Shown piece by piece: positions 18,295-28,832 of a stretch of DNA of 59,113 nt. This DNA comes from an uncultured Lentisphaeria bacterium (GTDB lineage: Bacteria > Fidelibacterota > UBA8477 > JABMPR01), in contig CAYXZO010000005.1 in assembly GCA_964469505.1 (NCBI GenBank), positions 1-59,113 of the forward strand, in the 5' to 3' direction. A program made the position numbers and the translations under genes. Every line of letters begins with the position of its first letter. The first letter of the stretch is position 1. Under the pieces are notes generated by a model. It saw nothing but the letters and a program-made list of their open reading frames with translations, made no database searches and was not told the DNA's origin.

Positions 18295-19510
18295 ATATTT
18301 GGAACGCAAACTGTCGGATTTTGACTGGGTGCTTCTTATCCCTGTAGGATTACTGCTCACTGCTGGTCTTGTGGCCTTGTACAGTATCCAATTACTACCT
18401 GAAAGCAAGACCGCCGGATACTTGTGGCGTCAAATAATCTGGGCCGGTTTGGGAATGTTATTCTTCGCGGCCGCATTTCTGAGTGCCCGTCGTTTGATCT
18501 TTAATTTAGCCTATGTGTTCTATGCCCTAGCGGTGACCATGCTGGTTTTGACCCTGGTTCTAAACCGGGGGATGCCGGTAAAGCGTTGGTTGATAATCGG
18601 CGGCATTACTTTCCAGTTCTCCGAGCCAGCCAAGATCGCCCTGATCTTGGCCCTGGCTCGTTATCTGTCAGAGAGAAAGCAGCCACTTAGACGAGTGATA
18701 ACGTTACTTCCTGCGCTAGGTATGACCCTGCTGATGGTAGTTCTAGTGGCAGCTCAACCAGACCTCGGCACTGCAATGGTGTATGTAGTCATATTCATCA
18801 CCATGATATTCTGGGCCGGGTTGGATTTGTTGGTCTATTTCCTGCTCCTAGCGCCCGCCTTTTCAATCCTATCCTCATTCTCATTGCCCCTCTTTTTCGG
18901 TTGGATGTTGATTTTCATCGGTGTGTTGTACGTAGCCCGCATATCTTTGGGACTGGGGATATTGAATTTCCTAATAAATCTGGGTGTGGCTGGGATGACC
19001 AACTTACTGTGGGGCATCCTTAAACCCTACCAGCAGCAGCGGATTTTAGCTTCTTTCAACGCCAATGCGGATCCTCTGGGGGCCGGTTATCAGGTTAGCC
19101 AGTCATTAACCGCTTTCGGTGCCGGGGGTGTTTATGGGCGGGGATTCGGTCACGGTACCCAGACCCACCTCCGTTTCCTGCCGGAGCAACACACTGATTT
19201 CATAATGACGGTTATAGGGGAGGAGTTCGGATATATCGCCGTGGTTGCCGTGTTGATTCTTCTGTTAGTATTGATTTCAAGACTGCTGCAGCAAGCCGGT
19301 AACGTTCGTTTTCGTTTCGATGGTTTAGTACTTTTCGGTACCGCCGTTTTCTTTGCTTTTCATGCTTTTACTAATCTGGCAATGATTGTGGGTTTGCTGC
19401 CCGTGACCGGAATTCCCCTTCCGTTTATCAGTTATGGGGGATCTTTTCTGGTCAGTTGTCTCCTGCTATTGGGCATTGGCGAAAACCTTATTAGTAGTCA
19501 GCGATTATAA
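18287..19510 (+). CDS. rodA: Rod shape-determining protein RodA (SEDS)
   Basis: FQFSEPAK, QPDLGTA, GAGYQVSQS, LPEQHTDFI, TGIPLPFISYGGS. Confidence 0.95.
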   Translation: MNKYLERKLSDFDWVLLIPVGLLLTAGLVALYSIQLLPESKTAGYLWRQIIWAGLGMLFFAAAFLSARRLIFNLAYVFYALAVTMLVLTLVLNRGMPVKRWLIIGGITFQFSEPAKIALILALARYLSERKQPLRRVITLLPALGMTLLMVVLVAAQPDLGTAMVYVVIFITMIFWAGLDLLVYFLLLAPAFSILSSFSLPLFFGWMLIFIGVLYVARISLGLGILNFLINLGVAGMTNLLWGILKPYQQQRILASFNANADPLGAGYQVSQSLTAFGAGGVYGRGFGHGTQTHLRFLPEQHTDFIMTVIGEEFGYIAVVAVLILLLVLISRLLQQAGNVRFRFDGLVLFGTAVFFAFHAFTNLAMIVGLLPVTGIPLPFISYGGSFLVSCLLLLGIGENLISSQRL

Positions 19511-19563
19511 ATCAGCGGTAAGTAAAAAAGTTTGATAAAAAAGGGCCAAACCTTAAATTTTCA

Positions 19564-20778
19564 TTGATGTATCCTAATAGAGTCCCCCACCAAAAAATAA
19601 ACCTGATTATCATTCGCGGATTCCTGTTTGGAGTGCTGGTGATCTTTTTAACCGGTTGTGGTAGTAACACGGCCCTTTTGGTAAAGGTCCAGGAAAAACA
19701 AGCCCTCCAAGACAGTACTATGGCCGCTCTGAAGAGCAAAATGAAAGAAGTAGAATCCGAAATGTTGGCTTTACGTGACACTTATGATGAAGACCATAAA
19801 ACGATGGAGGACTTGTATCGCCTCAATGCGGAGATAAAAAAGAGTGTCGCGGCCCTGAAGAAAAATAACAAAGAGCGCATAAACAAACTGGAAACAGCGG
19901 TGGCCCCTGGGGGTACGGTGGAAGCACGTCTGCTTAGTTCTTTGGACTCCTTGCAGAAAGTCGCACAACAGCAGTTTGATACTTTGTTTAAACAGGTTGA
20001 AGAGCGGTTAGCATCCCAGGAGAAAGCTCTTCTAGCTAGCCAGACAAAATTGGACAGCCTGAGTCAATATGGTTTAAGAGCCGGCGGCCCCGGGGCTTCG
20101 GTAGCTGGAGAGGTTTCCACGGATTCCAGCATGGTAGATTTTCGCCTGGCCGTGAATGAACATTTAGCACGGATCGACCAGCGCTTGCGTACCCTGGAAC
20201 AGCACATCCGGCTTCAGGACAGTTCCACTTACGACATCTTGTCGCAACTGGTTTTGCTTGAAAATAAAATCATTTCCCTGACTAATTCTTTTAACACCAT
20301 AATATCCATGACCCCTTCAAGCTCTTCCCAGCCGACCTCAAGAGGAGTCTCCAGTCCCACTGTTTCAACTACCAGCAATTCTTCCCCGGTATCTGGACAC
20401 CTTTCCGTTGACGAATACAGACAGCATTACATTGATGCTCTCAGCCTCTACCAGGCCCGCAATTTCCGTGAAGCTATAAAGAGGTTTGAGAATCTACTGG
20501 CCGTTGATAGGAATAATGAACTGGCTGATAATGCCCAATACTGGATCGGAGAGTGCTATTATGGGCTGGAGGAATACGAACAGGCATTAAATGCTTTCCG
20601 CAAAGTTTTCAATTTCCCGGGATCCAATAAGTTGGAAGCGGCACAGTTCAAGATCGCTTATTGCTATTTGCAGTTGGGACAACGCTCCAAAGCCAGACAG
20701 GAATTGGAGGATTTCCTTCGAAAATATCCCAACAGCGAGTATGTGTCTCGGGTACGTCAGATGTTACAGCAACTTTAA
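19564..20778 (+). CDS. CpoB/YbgF-like coiled-coil TPR lipoprotein
   Basis: Lipobox LTGC, long coiled coils, Ser/Thr-rich linker, C-terminal LADNAQYWIGECYY...KLEAAQFKIAYCY...YPNSEY TPR of the CpoB type. Confidence 0.75.
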   Translation: MMYPNRVPHQKINLIIIRGFLFGVLVIFLTGCGSNTALLVKVQEKQALQDSTMAALKSKMKEVESEMLALRDTYDEDHKTMEDLYRLNAEIKKSVAALKKNNKERINKLETAVAPGGTVEARLLSSLDSLQKVAQQQFDTLFKQVEERLASQEKALLASQTKLDSLSQYGLRAGGPGASVAGEVSTDSSMVDFRLAVNEHLARIDQRLRTLEQHIRLQDSSTYDILSQLVLLENKIISLTNSFNTIISMTPSSSSQPTSRGVSSPTVSTTSNSSPVSGHLSVDEYRQHYIDALSLYQARNFREAIKRFENLLAVDRNNELADNAQYWIGECYYGLEEYEQALNAFRKVFNFPGSNKLEAAQFKIAYCYLQLGQRSKARQELEDFLRKYPNSEYVSRVRQMLQQL

Positions 20779-20790
20779 AGGCCGTTTATA

Positions 20791-21624
20791 ATGCCCACTA
20801 AAGTTTATTTTGTTTCTGCTGAAGTTGGTCCGTTTTCCGGTGTTACCCCTACGAAAGATTTTTCTTATGAAACTGCCGCAGCTTGGCACAGTCATAAACA
20901 TGACGTTAGAATTTTAACTCCCAGATATAATTTCATCAGCGAACGTAAATACGTCATCCGCGAAGTAATCCGTCTGCGGGAGGTTCCGGTACAGCTAAAG
21001 GACAAGGAGCTGGTCGGTTCGGCTAAATCCGCCTTTCTACCCGGCACTAAGGTCCAGGTGTATTTTGTAGATCAGCCGCGAGAATTCGGCAGCAAAAACA
21101 AAGCTATATTTAAAGTGGCCGAGGGGCGATACAATTCACATAATCCCGAGCGATTTTTCTTTTTTTCTAAATTCAGCCTGGAAAATCTCACCTTTTTGTA
21201 CTGGCAACCGGACTATATCCTGTGCAACGATTGGCCCACCGCCCTGGTACCGGTACTGTTGAAGACCGTGTACCGTGAAGACGATTTTTTTTCCGGCATG
21301 AAAACAGTGCTCAACATTGTAAACCCAGATGAGTTTGGCAAGTTTGAGAAAAAGGAATTTCAATTAAGTGGATTGCCATTAGAAGTAACCGAGGGATTTG
21401 AAAATAATCTGCTGGCTTTAGCGGCTGCTTACGCGGATACGGTTACGGTGATTGATCATCCAGAGCTCAAAACCTGGGAACAGTTACAGCGGAATGAGCT
21501 TTTTAGGGAGCAAGTCGAGGCTAAGGGTGATCAGTTTAAGGTATTTAAACTTTCTAATACCGAGTCTGAGGGATGGCGACGGGTTGCGCAGGAGCTGGAA
21601 GATTTTCTGGCAATGGAAGAATAA
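20791..21624 (+). CDS. Stand-alone glycogen/starch synthase N-terminal (GT5) domain protein, probably non-catalytic
   Basis: FVSAEVGPF, DVRILTPRY..ISERKYVIREVIRL, VQVYFVD, WQPDYILCNDWPTALVPVLLK; lacks KTGGL and the C-terminal GT-B domain. Confidence 0.8.
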   Translation: MPTKVYFVSAEVGPFSGVTPTKDFSYETAAAWHSHKHDVRILTPRYNFISERKYVIREVIRLREVPVQLKDKELVGSAKSAFLPGTKVQVYFVDQPREFGSKNKAIFKVAEGRYNSHNPERFFFFSKFSLENLTFLYWQPDYILCNDWPTALVPVLLKTVYREDDFFSGMKTVLNIVNPDEFGKFEKKEFQLSGLPLEVTEGFENNLLALAAAYADTVTVIDHPELKTWEQLQRNELFREQVEAKGDQFKVFKLSNTESEGWRRVAQELEDFLAMEE

Positions 21625-21747
21625 CGGGTTCTAAGGACAAAAATGAAAGTTAAGATCAAGTGTTAATCACTTGATTTTTTTATTTTTTCTACGTTTTATC
21701 CCCCCGCAATGAATTATATGGAACATGAAGCCTAGGACATCGTTGAT

Positions 21748-22869
21748 ATGCATATGAAATCCCATTTGTTGAAGTTAGCCTTGAAATATCTCTGGCCAAT
21801 GGCCTTTATCATCTTTGCTTGTGAACAACCTAAACCCTGGAACGGATCGGAACTAATAGACAGTCCCTTTCAGACGGTTTCGGAAACTCTATTAGTTTCT
21901 CGAGCTCAGGTCAGTGCGATAAACGATTCCTTTCAGTGGTCCGAAGCTGATCGGGTTTATCTAGGTAACTATCGCGGCGCCACTGGAGCTTTTTTCATAA
22001 AATTTTCGGTTCCGGATAGCATCAGAAGTCTGGCTCCCGATAGTATCCGACTACAATTGCGTTTAGGCGTAACATATTACGATAGCAGCATTCTTAATGC
22101 TGATAGCCTTAAAATAATGGTTGTGCTTTTACCTGATTTTAATGATCTCTCCGTATCCCGACTGATCCCGGACAGCGCTTTCACCCATTCCACTTTGCCT
22201 TTATTAAAGCAAATCCAGGTCATTCAGTTTTCTTTGGATACGTTGTCACACTTTACTAGTCGTGACACATTTGCCATTGGCCTATTCTCACCGGATAGCG
22301 GTATGGCTCAGCCACTATTTACCCCTGCAGCGGGAAGTGCTTTTAGACCGTTGATCCACTGGTACACTCAGGTTGACACTGATTCCGCAGCGGTATTTAG
22401 CTTGACCATAGACAGTACCCAGGTGGTATTTCAGGCACCAGAAGGCGCGATGGATTCAGGATTTGTGGTGGATGGACTGGTAGGTACCGGTTTTTCAATC
22501 CAAGCCGATATGGGTAATGACACCTCCCTGTTCGAACATCTACTGGAGGGCAAGCTGGAAATCCAATGGGATTCGGTGGCCAGCTATTTCCCCGCTGCAG
22601 CTGACAGCGGTAAAGTGGCGCTTACAATCGAGCTGCGAGAACCTGTCTACAATGGTAAAATGACGCTGCAATTGGGAGCGGCGGACCTGGACACGGCAGT
22701 TTATGACATAACCAATCTTATCGCTCCGGTGATCACCGGTGGCGATTCTCTGTTGACGGTGGAGGTTCGTCCTGTCAGCTCCTCGATTGCGGTACCCCAA
22801 GCTGTTTTAGCGTCAACTGATTTCCCGGTGAAGATATATCTATCTCTTGCTCAGAGGGTTAAACAGTGA
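21748..22869 (+). CDS. Hypothetical beta-rich lipoprotein (DUF4270-like by position and pattern)
   Basis: Lipobox IFAC; VYLGNY..ATGAFFIKF, DSIRLQL; follows the short GlgA-like gene as in Bacteroidota. Confidence 0.6.
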   Translation: MHMKSHLLKLALKYLWPMAFIIFACEQPKPWNGSELIDSPFQTVSETLLVSRAQVSAINDSFQWSEADRVYLGNYRGATGAFFIKFSVPDSIRSLAPDSIRLQLRLGVTYYDSSILNADSLKIMVVLLPDFNDLSVSRLIPDSAFTHSTLPLLKQIQVIQFSLDTLSHFTSRDTFAIGLFSPDSGMAQPLFTPAAGSAFRPLIHWYTQVDTDSAAVFSLTIDSTQVVFQAPEGAMDSGFVVDGLVGTGFSIQADMGNDTSLFEHLLEGKLEIQWDSVASYFPAAADSGKVALTIELREPVYNGKMTLQLGAADLDTAVYDITNLIAPVITGGDSLLTVEVRPVSSSIAVPQAVLASTDFPVKIYLSLAQRVKQ

Positions 22870-24161
22870 AAACGAAAGCTTTATTAATATCCTGCGCGTT
22901 ATTGATTGGATTCGTCCCTCTCACTCTCCTGGCACAATCACCTCGCAATAGTTTGGCGTACGGTAGTTTTATAGAAAGTACCAATCCCGGGGCTCAGGCA
23001 TTAGGCCATGCCCTTACTGCTTACCATGATTCCATTCAAATCATTGGGGACAATCCGGCGGAGATATACGGTTTCCCGCAAGTAATTGCATTTTTCAGCT
23101 TTGAAAGCCACTCCACTCGTTGGTGGGCGGAAGATCAGGAAATAACCAATGTTGGGGGAGGGTTTGGCTATTTTTCTTTGGCTTTGCCTTTAGGGCAAAG
23201 TGCCGGTGCCCTGTTGAGTGTCGAACCCATCACTGATCTTTCTACCTTGATGAATTACAACGCTGATTCCACGACTAACTTCTCCATGGCTCAAGGGGGT
23301 GGGATTTGGTCAATGGCGGTGGCTTTTGGTTACCGTTTGAACAAAATGACCAGCCTCGGGATGCGGTGGCGGTATCTCTATGGCCTATTTGATCGCCGGG
23401 AAGTTTTGAATTATCCCAACACCCGATATCGCTACAATATTTATCAATTGAAGGGCAGAATCGCCGGGCAGAATCTTCAGCTTGGTATTCAATACGCCTT
23501 TACCCCCCGGTTTAGATTGGGCGGCACTTTTGAATGGGGTTTATCCACGCCAGTATTTGAGGGTAATGCTTATGATTACGATATACCCAGGAGCGCCTCC
23601 AATGACGACTATTTGGAGAAATGGCGCTATTTCCAAGCGGTCGGACAACCGGGTGGCGTAGTTGATACCATACCGTATAACGAGGTCTTAGAGGATTGGC
23701 CTTGGAATGTTGAGATTGGGTTTGCTTATCGCCGAGGTAATGGAGGGCATTTCCTATTGGCGCTGTCTCAACGCTACTTTCCCCAGGAAGCTTTCCGACA
23801 CTCAGAGATTTTCCGTCTACCTGAAGGTTGGCGTGGGATGTCTTCGGGAGCGCTTAAATTCGGATATTACCAAAAGGCTAGGGATGAGGGGAGCCGTTTC
23901 TGGCTTGATCGACTCTCGTGGCGGGTTGGTTTTATTGCCAGAAATCTATACGTAACACCGCGGTCCAACGACTATGTACGGAGTACGCTGATGGCGGTGG
24001 GGTTCTCACTACCGGCTAAACATCACCGGTACCGTATCTCACCAACCTTTGTTTATGAGCACTGGCAAGCTGCCGACGGTTTGCCGGAGGAAAGTCGTTG
24101 GAGTTTAGAGGTTGGGTTATATTTACAAGAAAAATGGTTTGGAAAATTCAGAAGGAGATGA
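22866..24161 (+). CDS. Outer-membrane beta-barrel, FadL/OmpP1-like
   Basis: Signal peptide, PGAQALGHA and NPA plug-like motifs, alternating amphipathic strands, aromatic-rich C-terminus. Confidence 0.7.
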   Translation: MKTKALLISCALLIGFVPLTLLAQSPRNSLAYGSFIESTNPGAQALGHALTAYHDSIQIIGDNPAEIYGFPQVIAFFSFESHSTRWWAEDQEITNVGGGFGYFSLALPLGQSAGALLSVEPITDLSTLMNYNADSTTNFSMAQGGGIWSMAVAFGYRLNKMTSLGMRWRYLYGLFDRREVLNYPNTRYRYNIYQLKGRIAGQNLQLGIQYAFTPRFRLGGTFEWGLSTPVFEGNAYDYDIPRSASNDDYLEKWRYFQAVGQPGGVVDTIPYNEVLEDWPWNVEIGFAYRRGNGGHFLLALSQRYFPQEAFRHSEIFRLPEGWRGMSSGALKFGYYQKARDEGSRFWLDRLSWRVGFIARNLYVTPRSNDYVRSTLMAVGFSLPAKHHRYRISPTFVYEHWQAADGLPEESRWSLEVGLYLQEKWFGKFRRR

Positions 24162-24174
24162 AAGGACACGCGCT

Positions 24175-25458
24175 ATGAAAAGTAGTTGGGGGTCTACCAT
24201 TGGATTATTGACCGCTTCTTTATTTGTGTTGGTAGCCGCTTGTCAACCGCCCAGTCCCAGCCCGGAAGAATTGGCGGCCCAGGAAAAGGCGCGGCGGGAC
24301 TCCTTGCGGCGGGCTAATCAGGGAAAATGTTTTAAATATTTGAGTTTTGCTACCGAGTACTACAAAAACAAGAGTTACCAGGACGCGCTGAATAATTATC
24401 GGCGTCTTTTCCAGCTCTCCTGCATCCAGATTGATAGCTCATTCGCTAAAGACGTATTTGCTTTTGTGGGCAATTGCTTCCGTGAGCTGGGACAAATGGA
24501 CTCGGCTTTATACTACTATGACAAAGGTCTGCTCATCATCCCTGAGGACAAATACTTGCGGCAAAGCAAGATTTTCACCCTTAAAAAGCTTGGAATGGAA
24601 GATTCGGTTCTAATCGAGCAGGCTGAATTGCTCAAATACGATTCGACCAACTTGGCTCTGGCCGGGAAATTGGCCGACGCCTATTTTGAGAATGAGCAGT
24701 TCGAAAAAGCCCGCGATATGGCCCAATTCATCCTGCGTCACGATCCTCACAATCGGGACGCCATGAATATTCTCAGAGAATCTCTCCTTGAGCTGGGTGC
24801 GGATATAATGGGAATCGTTAAGGCTCGCTATGACGAAAATCCAAATGATGTGGATAATGCGTTGGAGTACACCAACCTCTTGATGGATCGTGGAGAGAAC
24901 GAATCCGCTCTTAAAGTGTTAGAGAAAGTCCATCTAGCACATCCCAATAATCTCACCATTCTCCAAAAACTGGCTGATGTGTACAGTGCTATGGGTGACA
25001 CCGAGAAGCTCATTATAACCCTTAAAAAGCAGGAAAAGTTGAATAAAACCGACATCAATGTGAAGTTCGAACTCACCGCTGCGTACATTATGGCTGAGGA
25101 ATATTCCAGGGCCCTGTTCTGGGCTGATAAGGCCATTAAAGCTGACCCCAAAAATGGTCGCGCTTGGTATAACCGGGGAAAGGTTTACGAAGCAGTGGCC
25201 GATGCCTGCACCGGGGCCACCATCAGTTTCGACGATAAGCTGGTGTACCAGATGGCTCTGGAAGATTATCGGAAAGCCCAAAAACTGGGCTATGGCCGCG
25301 CTCAAGCTAAAATCGATTTCTTGAAAGAAGCTCGAGCTCCTCAGAAAGGGGACTGGTTCTTCAACGGACGGGATTATATAGATAAGAAGGGGTATGCCGC
25401 TCCCAAAAAAGACTGTTATAAATGGCTTAAACGCAAGGTGAAAGCACCCAAAGGTTGA
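24175..25458 (+). CDS. Tetratricopeptide-repeat lipoprotein
   Basis: ATG 24175 after AAGGA (ORF track start 24112); lipobox VAAC; multiple TPR pairs (ALYYYDKGL, ALFWADKAIKADPKNGRAWYNRG). Confidence 0.8.
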   Translation: MKSSWGSTIGLLTASLFVLVAACQPPSPSPEELAAQEKARRDSLRRANQGKCFKYLSFATEYYKNKSYQDALNNYRRLFQLSCIQIDSSFAKDVFAFVGNCFRELGQMDSALYYYDKGLLIIPEDKYLRQSKIFTLKKLGMEDSVLIEQAELLKYDSTNLALAGKLADAYFENEQFEKARDMAQFILRHDPHNRDAMNILRESLLELGADIMGIVKARYDENPNDVDNALEYTNLLMDRGENESALKVLEKVHLAHPNNLTILQKLADVYSAMGDTEKLIITLKKQEKLNKTDINVKFELTAAYIMAEEYSRALFWADKAIKADPKNGRAWYNRGKVYEAVADACTGATISFDDKLVYQMALEDYRKAQKLGYGRAQAKIDFLKEARAPQKGDWFFNGRDYIDKKGYAAPKKDCYKWLKRKVKAPKG

Positions 25459-25895
25459 ACAAAAAGGTTATAATCGGCTCCGATCACGCTGGGTTTGCTG
25501 CCAAAGAGCAGCTTAAGCAAATTCTCAGCGGATGGGGGTACACGGTCAAGGACGTTGGCTGCGAGAGTGATACTAGTTGTGACTACCCGGACTATGCCCA
25601 GGCTGTGGCGCGGGGCATTTTGCAGGAGGACTTTGACCGGGGTGTGCTCATCTGCGGGACGGGGATCGGTATGAGCATTGCAGCCAACCGTTTCCCGGGT
25701 ATCAGAGCTGCGCTGTGCACCTCCGAGGAACACGCCCGTCTGAGCCGCTTGCACAATGATAGTAACGTTCTATGCCTGGGAAGCCGTCTTCAAACGGTGG
25801 ACGCAATGCAAAATATTCTGAAGGTCTGGTTGGACACCGCTTTTGCCGGGGGTCGTCACCTGCGACGGATTCAGAAGATTGAGAATAGGGGGTAA
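25455..25895 (+). CDS. rpiB: Ribose-5-phosphate isomerase B
   Basis: [53 protein letters not shown]. Confidence 0.96.
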   Translation: MNKKVIIGSDHAGFAAKEQLKQILSGWGYTVKDVGCESDTSCDYPDYAQAVARGILQEDFDRGVLICGTGIGMSIAANRFPGIRAALCTSEEHARLSRLHNDSNVLCLGSRLQTVDAMQNILKVWLDTAFAGGRHLRRIQKIENRG

Positions 25896-25897
25896 TT

Positions 25898-27202
25898 ATG
25901 AGTGCTTTAGCCCATCTGGCCAATTTTGATCCAGCTGTCTACCGAGCCGTTATGCAGGAGCGGAATCGGGAGCACAGCACTCTGGAAATGATTGCCTCGG
26001 AGAATTTTGTGAGCAGGGCCGTATTGGAAGCGGCCGGAAGTGTTATGACCAACAAATATGCCGAAGGCTACCCCGGCAAACGGTATTATGGCGGTTGTGA
26101 AGCAGTGGACGAAGCGGAAAACCTGGCCCGGGAGCGAGCCAAACAGCTTTTTGGAGTTGAATATGTCAACGTACAACCCCATTCCGGCTCCCAGGCCAAT
26201 ATGGCTGTCTATTTCACTTTTCTCAAGCCAGGGGACACGTTACTGGGAATGGACCTGGCCCACGGAGGCCACCTGACTCACGGCAGCCCGGTAAATTTCT
26301 CAGGTCGGCTGTATAACGTAGTGTTCTACGGTGTCCATCCCGAGACCGGGTATATCGATTACGATCAAGTTCGGGATTTGGCTTTGAAACACCGACCCCG
26401 CTTAATTATTGCCGGCGCCAGTGCCTATCCCCGTTTTTATGATTACGCTCGTTTCCGGGAAATCGCCGATGAAGTGAACGCTTTCCTGATGGCTGATATT
26501 GCCCATCCTGCGGGCTTGATTGCAGCCGGGGTACACCCTGCACCCTTCGAACACTGTCACGTGGTAACCTCCACAACTCATAAGACTTTGCGTGGGCCCA
26601 GAGGGGGATTAATCCTGGTGGGCCAGGATTATGATAATCCGTTCGGAATCGTGGCCCCCAAGAGCGGGCGAATCCGGAAGATTTCTGAGCTGCTGGATTC
26701 CATGGTCATGCCGGGGATTCAGGGCGGCCCGTTGATGCATATAATAGCGGCGAAGGCTGTGGCTTTTGGAGAAGCCCTTAAACCCAGTTTTAAAGAATAT
26801 GCCCGCCGGGTGGTGGAAAATGCGAAGATCCTGGCAGAGGTGCTCTTGGAGCGGGGCTATGAGTTAGTTTCCAAAGGAACCGATAACCACCTCTTGCTGA
26901 TTGATCTCACCAATAAAGGCATATCAGGTAAAAAAGCGGAACGAGTGCTGGAAGCGGCTGGAATTACCGTAAATAAAAATATGGTGCCCTTTGATAAACG
27001 TAGCCCCCTGATTACCAGTGGTATTCGTATCGGTACCCCTGCTTTGACTACCCGCGGTTTCGGACCGGAAGAAATGCGACTGGTGGGCGAGTTTATCGAT
27101 CGGGTGCTTTCAAATCCCGATTCAGAAGAAACCCTCAGCGCAGTTCGCAAAAGGGTGCAAACCCTAGTGAGAGATTTTCCATTGTATCAGGACATCGAAT
27201 AG
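25898..27202 (+). CDS. glyA: Serine hydroxymethyltransferase
   Basis: [61 protein letters not shown]. Confidence 0.98.
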   Translation: MSALAHLANFDPAVYRAVMQERNREHSTLEMIASENFVSRAVLEAAGSVMTNKYAEGYPGKRYYGGCEAVDEAENLARERAKQLFGVEYVNVQPHSGSQANMAVYFTFLKPGDTLLGMDLAHGGHLTHGSPVNFSGRLYNVVFYGVHPETGYIDYDQVRDLALKHRPRLIIAGASAYPRFYDYARFREIADEVNAFLMADIAHPAGLIAAGVHPAPFEHCHVVTSTTHKTLRGPRGGLILVGQDYDNPFGIVAPKSGRIRKISELLDSMVMPGIQGGPLMHIIAAKAVAFGEALKPSFKEYARRVVENAKILAEVLLERGYELVSKGTDNHLLLIDLTNKGISGKKAERVLEAAGITVNKNMVPFDKRSPLITSGIRIGTPALTTRGFGPEEMRLVGEFIDRVLSNPDSEETLSAVRKRVQTLVRDFPLYQDIE

Positions 27203-27205
27203 GCT

Positions 27206-27649
27206 ATGAACTGTCCCCGGTGTAATGCCGCGGATACTCGAGTAATAGACTCTCGCTCCGCCCAGGAAGGTAAAGCGGTGAGACGCCGACGGCAGTGTAC
27301 TGCCTGCGGGCATAGATTCACCACCTACGAATACGTTGAAGGTCAACCGTTGATGGTTATTAAAAATGACCAACGGCGGGTTCCGTTTGACAGGGAGAAA
27401 ATCCTGCGCAGTGTTTCTATTGCTTGTAAAAAACGGCCGGTCAGTATGGACGACCTGAATCGATTGACGGATGAGATAATCCAGGATCTGAATCTAATAG
27501 GCGTTCCCGAGATAACCACTCGCCAGATAGGTGAAACGGTGTTACGCCACCTCCGGGATCTGGACGAGGTCGCTTATGTGCGTTTCGCCAGTGTGTACCG
27601 CAATTTTCAGGATATCCAGGAATTCAAAAAGGCTCTGGATAACATCTGA
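27206..27649 (+). CDS. nrdR: Transcriptional repressor NrdR
   Basis: CPRC, VIDSR, RRRRQCTACGHRFTTYE, ATP cone, VAYVRFASVY. Confidence 0.97.
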   Translation: MNCPRCNAADTRVIDSRSAQEGKAVRRRRQCTACGHRFTTYEYVEGQPLMVIKNDQRRVPFDREKILRSVSIACKKRPVSMDDLNRLTDEIIQDLNLIGVPEITTRQIGETVLRHLRDLDEVAYVRFASVYRNFQDIQEFKKALDNI

Positions 27650-27658
27650 ACCTCGCAG

Positions 27659-28402
27659 ATGATCGAAATAGAAAACATCCATAAATCTTTCAACAACCAT
27701 GAAGTTCTCCGGGGGATTAGCCTGAGAGTTGAACAGGGTAAGAATACGGTGGTGATGGGGAAGAGCGGGGCCGGTAAGAGCGTTTTACTAAAACTGATTT
27801 TAAGACTTTTATGGCCCGATGAAGGGCGAATCATTGTTGATGGGGTAGATGTTTTCGAGCTCAGCAAAAGGGAACTAAACCGGCTCCGGCTAAAATTCGG
27901 GATGTTGTTTCAGTCAGCGGCACTTTTTGACAGTCTGACGGTATATGACAATGTGGGTATTGGTTTGCGTTTTTTGAAAAGGATGCAAGAAGATGAAATG
28001 CGGGAGAAAATATTACAGTGTCTGGAAATGGTTGAGTTGGAAGATGTGAGCGACAAATACCCGTCCGAACTGAGTGGAGGAATGCGCAAGAGGGTTGGCT
28101 TGGCCCGAGCCATGGCCATGGACCCCCAGTACATACTCTATGATGAACCTACTACGGGGCTGGATCCCATTACCTCTGATGCCATCGCCAATCTAATCCG
28201 CAAATTGCAGCGTGAACTTAAGATCACCAGCGTCATAGTCACCCATGATTTGAGAACCGCTTCCATAGTAGGCGATAAGATCGCTTTGTTAAATGATGGA
28301 GTATTTTGTTTTACAGGCACAGTAGAGGAGATGCTGGAAAGTGATAACCCAATGGTTCAACAATTTGTCCATAGTAAAGAAGGAGTTATAAATGGTCGAT
28401 AG
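27659..28402 (+). CDS. ABC transporter ATP-binding protein, MlaF/Ttg2A-like
   Basis: GKSGAGKS, GMLFQSAALFDSLTVYDNV, LSGGMRKRVGLARA, YDEPTTGLDPI. Confidence 0.88.
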   Translation: MIEIENIHKSFNNHEVLRGISLRVEQGKNTVVMGKSGAGKSVLLKLILRLLWPDEGRIIVDGVDVFELSKRELNRLRLKFGMLFQSAALFDSLTVYDNVGIGLRFLKRMQEDEMREKILQCLEMVELEDVSDKYPSELSGGMRKRVGLARAMAMDPQYILYDEPTTGLDPITSDAIANLIRKLQRELKITSVIVTHDLRTASIVGDKIALLNDGVFCFTGTVEEMLESDNPMVQQFVHSKEGVINGR

Positions 28403-28652
28403 TGGGGTTATATCCCAGGAACTACTGGAAATCATTGTTTGTCCCGAGACTCATCAGGCGCTAAAACTTGCCGATGAAGAACTTCTCAATAGGTTGAATG
28501 CTGATATTAAAGCAGGTAAAATTAAAAACGTGGATGGAGAGCTAGTTTCTGAGCCATTAGAAGCTGGCTTGAGGCGGGAAGATGGTAAACGCATTTATCC
28601 CATTAGAGACGGCATACCAGTGCTCTTGATTGGCGAAGGAATTGACCTATAA
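28392..28652 (+). CDS. Trm112 family protein
   Basis: LLEIIVCPETHQAL ... IYPIRDGIPVLL. Confidence 0.88.
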   Translation: MVDSGVISQELLEIIVCPETHQALKLADEELLNRLNADIKAGKIKNVDGELVSEPLEAGLRREDGKRIYPIRDGIPVLLIGEGIDL

Positions 28653-28692
28653 CACTGCTGTAGACGATAATTGGAACGCGACAGCTTTGAAT

Positions 28693-28721
28693 TTGTCATT
28701 GCCGGGAAGAGGCCCTATATT
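28693..28721 (+). promoter_or_regulatory. sigma70-type promoter upstream of the porV leader
   Basis: TTGTCA-17 nt-TATATT. Confidence 0.6.
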
Positions 28722-28802
28722 CCAGCCACAAGAAAGGAGAACCGCAGAGCCAAAACCGTTAGTTAGATCCCTTTCCCCTTCCAACTGGACAACCACTATT
28801 TC

Positions 28803-28832
28803 AACCGAATGCATCTTCTCATTCGGTTTTTT
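28803..28832 (+). terminator. Intrinsic terminator-like hairpin immediately before the porV RBS
   Basis: AACCGAATG-CATCTTCT-CATTCGGTT (perfect 9 bp) then TTTT; RBS AAGGAG follows at about 28838. Confidence 0.65.
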
